Shown piece after piece: positions 56,627 to 64,000 of a DNA stretch of 64,000 nt (position 1 is the stretch's first letter; each line of letters starts with the position of its first letter). The position numbers were made by a program, and so were the translations under genes. The notes beneath the pieces are model-generated. The model ran no database searches and was not told the DNA's origin. It saw nothing but the letters and a program-made list of their open reading frames with translations. Source of the stretch: an uncultured Gemmatimonadales bacterium (lineage in GTDB: Bacteria > Gemmatimonadota > Gemmatimonadetes > Gemmatimonadales > GWC2-71-9). Location: positions 2,080,001 through 2,144,000 of the forward strand of contig CAWHFW010000005.1 of NCBI GenBank assembly GCA_963828735.1, written 5' to 3'.

Positions 56627-58224
56627 ATGTCGCCCACTCGACGCGAAGTCCTGGCCCAGCTCGCCGCCCTCGCCCTGCTGCCGCTGCCCACCCGGGTCCG
56701 GCACGACGACGACCCGCTCGACGGCACTATCGCCGACTACCAGGCCGGGCGCCGCCGCGGCGCGTGGACCGCCGAGGAGGTCACGGCCCGCGCGCTCGAG
56801 CGCTGCCGCGACGACGGCATGCGGTGGCACGCGATCGACGCGCTCTCGCCCGCCGCCCTCGCCGACGCGCGCGCGGCCGACGCGCGTCTCCGCGCCGGCC
56901 GGGTGCGCGGGCCGCTCGACGGCGTCCCCGTGTTCGCCAAGGCGATCTACGACATGTCGGGGCTTCCGACCACGGGGTCCAGCGCCGATTGGGCCCGACT
57001 CTTTCCGGACCCCGTGCATCGCGACGCGCTCGAGGTGACGCGGCTCCGCGCGGCCGGCGCGATCGTCCTGGGAAAGACCGCCGCCGACGACTTCGCCTAT
57101 CGCGGCAACGGCACCAGCAGCCACACCGGCCAGGTGCTGAACCCGCACGATCCCTCCGGCACACGCACGCCCGGCGGCTCCAGCGCGGGGTCGGCGGTCG
57201 CCGTCGCGAGCGGAATGGCCTTCGCCGCGCTCGGCACCGACGACGGCGGCTCGAACCGCATCCCCGCGCAGTTCACCGGCGTCGTGGGGATGAAGCCGAC
57301 GTTCGGGCTCGTCCCGCGCACCGGCGTGATCCCGACGTGGCCCTATCTCGACACGCACGGGCCGCTCGCGCGCACCGTGGCGGACGCGGCGCTCCTCCTC
57401 GCGGCCATCGCCGGCCCCGACCGGTCGGACCCGCTCGCGCGAACGGGCAAGTTCGATAGCGCGCCGCTGGCCGCGTTGCGTGACGACGCGCTCGCGGGGG
57501 CGCGGGTCGGCCTCGTCGACGCCCACGTCCCGCGCGCGCAGATGACGTCCGACGCGCTCGCGGTGTGGGACCGCGCGGTGGGCGACCTCCGCGCCGCCGG
57601 CGCCACGGTCGAGCCCTTCGCGCCGGCCGTCACGCTCGCGACCTTCAGGAGCGCCTTCGCCGACTTCGGCGGGAAGGCGCGGTGACATCGTCGGCGACCC
57701 GAAGGCGCCGGCCCCGACCGCCAACGCGCTCTACCACTATTTCGCCGGGCGCACGAAGGACCCTCGCGCGGCGGTCCGCGCGGGGTACCCGGCCTACCGC
57801 GCCTTCTACGACGTGCTCCCCGAGACCTTCGAGGAGTGCGAGCCGCTCCTCGGCGGAGCCGATGACGCAGGATCAGGCTGGACGATCGTTCGCCCGCTCA
57901 CGCGCGGAGGTGGTGGCGGCGCTCGCCGAGACGATGCGCGCGGCCGGCATCGCCGCGATGGTCTATCCGACCATGCCCTTCAACGCTCCGCGCACGGTAG
58001 ATGACTGGCCGGACATCCGCACCACGCTCGGCTACGGCAACTGGCTCGGCCTCCCGGAGGTGTCGGTGCCGGCGGGAATGGGGACCGACGGTATGCCGGC
58101 GCTCAACCTGTCGGTGGTCGGCCTCCCGGGCGAGGATGCAAGGGTGCTCGCGCTGGCGCACGCGTACGAGCGGCAGTCGCGCCGCTTCGTCGCGCCGCCG
58201 CGCGGCGGTCGGCGGAGCTCGTGA
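56627..58224 (+). CDS. Amidase-signature enzyme, Tat-like signal, frameshifted near 57680 and 57852
   Basis: TRREVL, GPLDGVP..K, GGSSAGSA, GTDDGGSNRIPA; C-terminal GLPEVSVPAG..VLALAHAYE in a shifted frame. Confidence 0.8.
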
Positions 58225-58412
58225 CACAGGGCCGCCGACTCGTCCCGTTCTGGGTCCCGCTGTTGCTGGGACTCATGAGCCTGGTCAACGTGATCGGCAA
58301 CCCGCGCGTCGCGACGCTTCACGGGTCTGATGTCGTGCAGCTGATCGGCACGGGCGTGTGCTTCGGCGTCGCCCTCGCGACGCTGATCGTGTTCCTCCGC
58401 GGCTCACGCTGA
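58221..58412 (+). CDS. Small two-helix membrane protein
   Basis: Two hydrophobic segments; GTGA overlap. Confidence 0.6.
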   Translation: MTQGRRLVPFWVPLLLGLMSLVNVIGNPRVATLHGSDVVQLIGTGVCFGVALATLIVFLRGSR

Positions 58413-58426
58413 CGGCGAGCTTCGTT

Positions 58427-59128
58427 GTGGACAGCCCCGTCGCGCTCGTCACCGCCGCCAGCCGGGGGATGGGCGCGGCATGCGCCCGTGAGCTGGGGCG
58501 CCGGGGCTTCCGGCTGGTGTTGATGGCGCGTTCCGGTGACGTGGAGACGCTCGCGACCGAGCTCGGCGGCACCGGCGTCCGCGGCTCCGTGGCCGTCGCG
58601 GAAGACCTGTCGCGCGCCGTCGAGACCGCGCGCACGACGTATGGACGCCTGGATGCCGTGATCAACAATACGGGTCATGTGGCCAAGGGGGATCTGCTCG
58701 ACCTGTCGGACGCCCAATGGCACGAGGGCGTCGACCTGCTCCTCCTCAACGTCATCCGCATGGCGCGGTTCGCGACGCCGGTGATGCTCGCGGGCGGGGG
58801 TGGCGCGTTCCTCAATATTTCGAGCTTCGCGGCCGCGGAGCCCGGGCTCCGCCACCCCGTCTCCGCCACGCTCCGCGCGGCGCTGGCCAACTTCGCGAAG
58901 CTGTACAGCCAGCGATACGCTGGCCAGGGCATACGGATGAACAACCTGCTCCCCGGATGGATCGACACGTATCCCGTCGAGCCGGCGGCGGTCGCCACGA
59001 TTCCGGCGGGGCGCCCCGGCACCGCTGAGGAGGTCGCCCGGGTCGCGGCATTCCTGGTGTCGCCGGAGGCCAGCTACGTCACCGGCGAGAGCCTGCTGGT
59101 GGATGGCGGTCTCGTTCGGGCCGTCTGA
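58427..59128 (+). CDS. SDR family oxidoreductase
   Basis: VTAASRGMG, NNTG, NNLLPG, ASYVTGESLLVDGG. Confidence 0.88.
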   Translation: MDSPVALVTAASRGMGAACARELGRRGFRLVLMARSGDVETLATELGGTGVRGSVAVAEDLSRAVETARTTYGRLDAVINNTGHVAKGDLLDLSDAQWHEGVDLLLLNVIRMARFATPVMLAGGGGAFLNISSFAAAEPGLRHPVSATLRAALANFAKLYSQRYAGQGIRMNNLLPGWIDTYPVEPAAVATIPAGRPGTAEEVARVAAFLVSPEASYVTGESLLVDGGLVRAV

Positions 59129-59199
59129 CGAGCACGGACGAGCATCGGAGCCGCCCGCGCTTCTCGAGGTTTGGTCGAGCACGAGAGGACACCGCCCAC

Positions 59200-59577
59200 G
59201 TGAAGGTCGAATGCATCGTCCCGATCCTGCGAGTCGCCGACCTCCCGGCCAGCCTTCGATACTACCGTGACGTCCTGGGCTTTCAACCGGATTGGGGAGA
59301 CGAGGACGGCTCCCAGATGGCCGCCGTCTCGCGCAGCGGCCAGGCAATCATGCTGTGTCAGGGTGCGCAGGGGCACGCCGGAACGTGGATCTGGATCGGC
59401 GTGGAGGATGTGGACCCGCTCTTTGCCGAGTTTCGAAGCAAGGGCGCACGATTCCTTCAGACCCCGACCAGTCGCCCGTGGGCGTATGAGATGCAAGTCG
59501 TAGATCCGGACGGGCACGTCCTCCGGTTCGGGTCCGAGCCACGGGATGACTCGAGTGGCGGAGGAACGCCTGGATGA
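59200..59577 (+). CDS. VOC/glyoxalase-bleomycin resistance family protein
   Basis: PILRVADL..YYRDVLGF, PWAYEM..DPDGHVLRFG. Confidence 0.87.
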   Translation: MKVECIVPILRVADLPASLRYYRDVLGFQPDWGDEDGSQMAAVSRSGQAIMLCQGAQGHAGTWIWIGVEDVDPLFAEFRSKGARFLQTPTSRPWAYEMQVVDPDGHVLRFGSEPRDDSSGGGTPG

Positions 59578-59607
59578 GCCCGCCCTGGCGGTGAGCGAAC
59601 GCCGGAC

Positions 59608-60294
59608 TCAGCCCTTCCGGTAGAGGGCGGGAAATTGCCGCTGTAGCGCCTCGAGCTTGGGCTGGTCGTTGATCACGATGTACGGCTGGTGCGGGTGATG
59701 CGTCAGGTAGTCCTGGTGATACGCCTCGGCCTCGTTGAAGCTGTCCAGGGGCGCGAGCTCGGTCACGATCGAATCGCGGTAGATCTTGGCCGCCTCGAGC
59801 TTGGCGATGTAGCGCTTCGCCGCATCGCGCTGGGCGTCGTTCCGATAGAAGATCGCGGAACGGTACTGGGTACCCACGTCGGGCCCCTGGCGGTTGATCT
59901 CGGTGGGGTCGTGAGCCACGGTGAAGAACACCTGCAGGAGCTGGTCGTAGCTGATCCGCGAGGGGTCGTACACCACCAGGACGGACTCGGCGTGTCCCGT
60001 CGTGCCCGAGCTCACCATCTCGTAGGAGGGCGACCGGATCTTCCCACCGGCATAGCCCGAGATCGCGGTCGAGACGCCATTCAGATGTTCAAAGACGGCC
60101 TCCACTCCCCAGAAGCAGCCACCGGCGAACACGGCCGTGTCGACCGAGGCCGCGACCCCGACCGGCGCGGGCTCCGGCGGGAGCGCGGCCGTCTCGGCCC
60201 TGGCCGGCGCCGACTGGCAGGCGAGGAGCGTCATCGCGGAGGAGAGCAGGGCCCCGGAGACGAGGGCGGAGATGTAATGGTGCTGGCGAGGCAT
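59608..60294 (-). CDS. msrA: Peptide-methionine (S)-S-oxide reductase, lipoprotein form
   Basis: FAGGCFWGVE, GYAGG, GHAE, RQGPDVGTQYRS, AEAYHQDY; lipobox LLAC. Confidence 0.95.
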   Translation of the reverse strand: MPRQHHYISALVSGALLSSAMTLLACQSAPARAETAALPPEPAPVGVAASVDTAVFAGGCFWGVEAVFEHLNGVSTAISGYAGGKIRSPSYEMVSSGTTGHAESVLVVYDPSRISYDQLLQVFFTVAHDPTEINRQGPDVGTQYRSAIFYRNDAQRDAAKRYIAKLEAAKIYRDSIVTELAPLDSFNEAEAYHQDYLTHHPHQPYIVINDQPKLEALQRQFPALYRKG

Positions 60295-60361
60295 ATCGAT
60301 AGACCCGATGTTGTTTCCTACAGAACGTCGCCGGTGCGCCAACGGTTCTCAAGGCCGCCGG

Positions 60362-60451
60362 TCCGACCTGGCGAACTGGGGAGCGACGTTCGGGAGCCCC
60401 CAGATCTTCGTTTCGCTGGTGGAGTGGGCGGACCGCGTCATCACCGAATAG
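60362..60451 (+). pseudogene. Orphan gene tail resembling a DsrE-family C-terminus
   Basis: SDLANWGATFGSPQIFVSLVEWADRVITE-stop with no start; family assignment is from recall. Confidence 0.4.
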
Positions 60452-60604
60452 ACGGAGTGCGAGACGCTTGCAGCCGATTCGCCCACAGCGATAGGAAAGT
60501 GGGCCGGCGGCGTCCATCGGCGTGGTCGATGTCGGGCCCCGATGGGCCTGAGCGGTGCCCGAGCCACCAACGGGAGCGAGTCCATAACAGAAGGGAGCGA
60601 GTCC

Positions 60605-60781
60605 ATGCCACGGGCCAATCGGGGAGGGTGGAAGACCTGCTCGCGCGGACACAAGTACCGCGGCCCCGGCGGATGCCCGATCTGATGGAAGGGCAATCGC
60701 GCCACCGGGGGTGCGCGCAGCGGGGCGAGATCAGCGAGGTCGGGCCGGAAGAAGAGGCGGACGACACCGCACACTCGGTGA
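60605..60781 (+). CDS. Candidate 58-aa basic zinc-finger-like protein with in-frame UGA (CxxU)
   Basis: GGGAG RBS; MPRANRGGWKTCSRGHKYRGPGGCPI-UGA-WKGNR..RKKRRTTPHTR. Confidence 0.5.
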
Positions 60782-60789
60782 GGTGAGGA

Positions 60790-61278
60790 TTGCAAGCCGC
60801 CGCGCTCCTGCGCCTGCTGCATGCCGCCCTGGGCGTTGCCTTCATCGCGGGCCTGCTCGGGCGCGCGGCAGCCTTTCGCCACGCGCGTCGCGCTCCGACC
60901 CTGGATGCGACCGCAGCGCTCATGGAGCTCAGCGACTGGTTCGAGCGGGCCCTCGTGATACCCGGCTCGATGCTCATCCTGCTGTCGGGCATCGTGATCG
61001 GCTGGATGGGTCACTGGCCGCTGCTCACGCCTGCCGGGCACCCGACTTGGCTGCTGGTCTCGCTCGTGCTGCTGCTGCCGATGGTGGGCTTCATCCCGGC
61101 CGTGCTGGTGCCGGAGCGGGCCAGGCGGCGGGCGGCACTCGCCGCCGCGCTCAAGGCGGGCCGGCGATCACCCGAGCTGGACGCGGCCCTCGCTAGGCCC
61201 ATTGTGCTGCGTCTCAGGCGGCTCGAGCTTCTGATCATCGCCCTGGTGTTCGCGCTGATGATGCTGAAGCCGTTCTGA
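60790..61278 (+). CDS. DUF2269-like membrane protein
   Basis: LLH, LLSG, WL, terminal LMMLKPF. Confidence 0.78.
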   Translation: MQAAALLRLLHAALGVAFIAGLLGRAAAFRHARRAPTLDATAALMELSDWFERALVIPGSMLILLSGIVIGWMGHWPLLTPAGHPTWLLVSLVLLLPMVGFIPAVLVPERARRRAALAAALKAGRRSPELDAALARPIVLRLRRLELLIIALVFALMMLKPF

Positions 61279-61314
61279 GTGAGAGGCCGGTCCGCTCGCT
61301 CGTCCGAGGAGCTC

Positions 61315-61803
61315 ATGAAGCAGCCCGCAATTCCGCTCAAGGAATTCGACCTGGAGATGGCGTCGACCCGGAAGCTCCTCGAGCGCGTGCCGACGGAGAA
61401 GGGAACGTGGAAGCCCCACGAGAAGTCGTTCGCGCTCGGCCACCTGGCCCAGCTGGTCTCGTGGATGCCCGGCTGGATCGCCAGCTCCCTGCGGGAGCCC
61501 CACATCGATCTGGCCACGGCCGGGGGCTACAGCTTCGAGACTACCGAGACGCTCCTGCGGGTGTTCGACGGGAATGTCGAGCAGGCACGCACCGCGCTCG
61601 GCTCGGTCGTCGGCCCGGTCCTCGACGAGCCGTGGTCGCTCAGGCACGGGGAGCGGATCCTGTTCACCGCGCCGCGGGGGGAGGTCGTCCGCGGGCACCT
61701 CAACCACCTGATCCATCATCGCGGGCAGCTCACCGTCTACCTCCGGCTGGTCGACGTGCCGCTGCCCCAGATCTACGGGCCCACGGCCGATGAGCGGTGG
61801 TGA
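61315..61803 (+). CDS. DinB family protein
   Basis: WKPHEKS..LGHLA, NHLIHHRGQLTVYLR, YGPTAD. Confidence 0.9.
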   Translation: MKQPAIPLKEFDLEMASTRKLLERVPTEKGTWKPHEKSFALGHLAQLVSWMPGWIASSLREPHIDLATAGGYSFETTETLLRVFDGNVEQARTALGSVVGPVLDEPWSLRHGERILFTAPRGEVVRGHLNHLIHHRGQLTVYLRLVDVPLPQIYGPTADERW

Positions 61804-61836
61804 GCGCCAGGCGGACCGGGCGCCGGGAGCACGGCG

Positions 61837-62232
61837 ATGATTCGTACGAGAGGACTGACCCATCTCGCGCTCAAGGTCCGCGACGCCGAGCGGGCGTTCG
61901 GCTTCTACCGGGACGTCTTCGGCGCCGTCGCGGTCTACCGCGGGGAAGGGTTCGTTCAGGCGCAGACCCCTGGCGCGTGGGATGTGCTGGTCTTCGAGGA
62001 GCAGCCGGACGCGGCCGCCGGCTCGGGCGGACTCGCGCACTTCGGATTCCGCCTGGTGGATCCGCGGGACATCGAGGAAGCGGTCAGGGCCGTGGAAGCC
62101 GCCGGCGGACAGGTCGTGAGCCGGGGTGAGTTCGTACCGGGGGAGCCCTATCTCTTCTGCCGGGACCCTGACGGATATGACGTGGAGATCTGGTACGAGC
62201 TGCCCACGCCCGCCGACCCGCCACTCCGTTGA
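61837..62232 (+). CDS. VOC family protein
   Basis: GLTHLALKV, HFGF, DPDGYDVEI. Confidence 0.88.
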   Translation: MIRTRGLTHLALKVRDAERAFGFYRDVFGAVAVYRGEGFVQAQTPGAWDVLVFEEQPDAAAGSGGLAHFGFRLVDPRDIEEAVRAVEAAGGQVVSRGEFVPGEPYLFCRDPDGYDVEIWYELPTPADPPLR

Positions 62233-62463
62233 ATCTCTGAGGACCCGCTCTACCGCATGACCTGCGTCCTCCGGCCCTTGTTGGGATGGGCGTGGATGCA
62301 GGTGCGGGACGAGTCGTCAGCACGGTTCCGCTGAGCTTCGCCGCTGATGCGTTCGCAGCCTACGATGCGATCGACCTCGTCGTCGTGCGAGGCATGGTGC
62401 TCGATCGGTCGCCCCTCGCCGCCCGGTGACGGATCGTCGTGTCGCACGCGGAGGCGTCGATTG

Positions 62464-64000
62464 TCATCGCGCCTCGAGCTCGACGACCGTCGCGCGCCAG
62501 ATCGCGGGCAGCCGTAGCCGGAGGCCGGGAGCGGCCAGGGTCGTGCCCGTGACCGGCGCCAGCTGGTATCCGTCCACTGTGACGTCGTACGTCGCTTGAG
62601 GGAGCAACCCCCGGAGCCGCAGCGTCGTAGCCCCGGAGCTCCGCGCCAGGCGGTAGGCAAGTACCACGGCGCGGCGTCCCTCGGGCTCAACGTACTCCAA
62701 CGCCGTCCACCCAGTGGGAGCGTTCCGCCGAGGCGCCGGCGTCAGATGGTAGACATCGGCACCCGCGATGGTCCTGCGAATCCGCCGGTAGAGCGCAACA
62801 TTGGCCGCGGCGTGTTTCCGCACCGCGGCGCTCCACTCCGGGATGCGTCCTGAGATGCCGAACTGCCCGTTCATCGGGACCCGCAGCATGAAGTCCCACC
62901 ATCCCGGCGGCCTGGTCGAGTCGACCACGCCGCTGTCCGTGTCGCCCACCATCCAGTGGTTGCAGATCTCGGGCGCGAACTGCACCGTGCAGCCGTACCC
63001 CAGGGCGACTGATGCAATCGGGTCCACCACATCGGACAACCAGGCCGTGTGGGTATGCGCCATGACGCCGAGGTCGAGCCGCAGGCCGCCGCTCGAGCAG
63101 TTCTCCACCACAAGCTCGGGGTGCGCGGCGCGGATCGTGTCCAGCCAGGCGTAGTAGGCGGTCAGATGATCGTGGAGCCGGCGACCTGACTGTCCGGCCC
63201 GCGCCGGATCGAACCGATCGCCCACATCGATGTTGTAGTCGATCTTGATCCAGTCGAGCCGATACCGGTTCACGAGGCGGTCGACGGTGGCAGTCGCCCA
63301 TTGCCGCACGGCCGGTTTGGCGAAGTCGAGCTGGCAGCGATGCGCGGTGATCCAGGGCTTGCCGCCGTACGGCAGGCACCACTCCGGATGCTCGCGGAAC
63401 AGGCGTGACTCGGTTCCGGCGTTCTCGATCTCCACCCACAGCCCGAACTTCATGCCCTTGTCGTGCACGTGCGTGGCCAGCTCCTCGAGACCGCGCGGGA
63501 ACTTGTGGGGCTCGGGCTCGTAATCGCCGAGGGTCCGCTCCCAGTCGCCGCTGCCGTACCACCCGGAGTCCAGCACGTACACCTCGGCGCCGATCGCGGC
63601 GGCCGCGTCCGCGGCCTGGATCGTGTTGGTGATATCGACCGCCGGCCCGAGAGGAAACCAGGTATTGAACTGGACCAGCGGCGGCTGATTCGTGTTCACC
63701 CGGGGCACCAGGTAGCCGCGCTGATAGCGATGCATCTGGTTTGCGGCGTCGTCCAGGTCACCCTCCGTGGCCGTGAACACGGCGCGCGGCAGGGTGATGG
63801 TGTCGCCCGGAGCCAGCGCCAGCGGACCGCCGAAGTCGTTATGCATGCCGAGGCCGACCTGCACTGGCTGGTCTCGCAGTGCCGCGGCGCCGGTGCCCGG
63901 CTGGCGCTCGACCTGCATCCACCAATTTCCCGACCACGCCAGCTCGGCGACGTACTCGATGCCCAGGGTGCGATTGCGGAGCGAGAGCCAGGGCACGTAG
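62464..64000 (-). CDS. Alpha-galactosidase (GH36), 5' end beyond the window
   Basis: FNTW, VLDSGW, KFPRGL, FGLWVEIE, IKIDYN, ENCSSGGLR, WLSD. Confidence 0.88.
   Translation of the reverse strand, partial: YVPWLSLRNRTLGIEYVAELAWSGNWWMQVERQPGTGAAALRDQPVQVGLGMHNDFGGPLALAPGDTITLPRAVFTATEGDLDDAANQMHRYQRGYLVPRVNTNQPPLVQFNTWFPLGPAVDITNTIQAADAAAAIGAEVYVLDSGWYGSGDWERTLGDYEPEPHKFPRGLEELATHVHDKGMKFGLWVEIENAGTESRLFREHPEWCLPYGGKPWITAHRCQLDFAKPAVRQWATATVDRLVNRYRLDWIKIDYNIDVGDRFDPARAGQSGRRLHDHLTAYYAWLDTIRAAHPELVVENCSSGGLRLDLGVMAHTHTAWLSDVVDPIASVALGYGCTVQFAPEICNHWMVGDTDSGVVDSTRPPGWWDFMLRVPMNGQFGISGRIPEWSAAVRKHAAANVALYRRIRRTIAGADVYHLTPAPRRNAPTGWTALEYVEPEGRRAVVLAYRLARSSGATTLRLRGLLPQATYDVTVDGYQLAPVTGTTLAAPGLRLRLPAIWRATVVELEAR

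Noticed and set aside
57670..57690. TGA at 57683-57685 in the amidase as selenocysteine
   Set aside because: The coding sequence continues in another frame and no Cys motif is involved
58221..62232. Run of small genes as an integron cassette array
   Set aside because: No integrase, no repeated attC-like palindromes, mixed orientation

Overview
High-GC bacterial DNA. The gene repertoire (several ERELGxGGMAxV-type Ser/Thr kinases, a PadR plus duplicated orphan ABC permease pair, a TIGR02999-type ECF sigma) suggests Gemmatimonadota or a similar lineage; this is inference. 1-16.2 kb is an aromatic-CoA catabolic region: paaABCD, then a tryptophan > kynurenine > anthranilate > anthraniloyl-CoA cluster (kynA, kynU, aryl-CoA ligase, abmA-like monooxygenase/reductase, beta-oxidation enzymes). 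That operon is interrupted by a GxxExxY nuclease-like gene between 30-bp inverted repeats and by a 129-bp gene-less element with the same ends. 16.3-64 kb is a mosaic accessory region of regulators, secreted proteins, lipoproteins and many orphan gene tails. Main highlights: (1) the GxxExxY element and its mini-element; (2) an exported peroxiredoxin with an in-frame UGA at the catalytic Cys and a SECIS-like hairpin; (3) an unannotated 58-aa CxxH..CxxU candidate micro-selenoprotein next to msrA; (4) an uncharacterised envelope cluster (two paralogous OmpA proteins, three Cys-motif exported proteins, ECF sigma/kinase pair); (5) a creatininase-family enzyme where kynB is missing. Several single-base frameshifts may be sequencing errors. 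No rRNA, tRNA or CRISPR array was seen. All family calls come from motif recognition; no searches were run.
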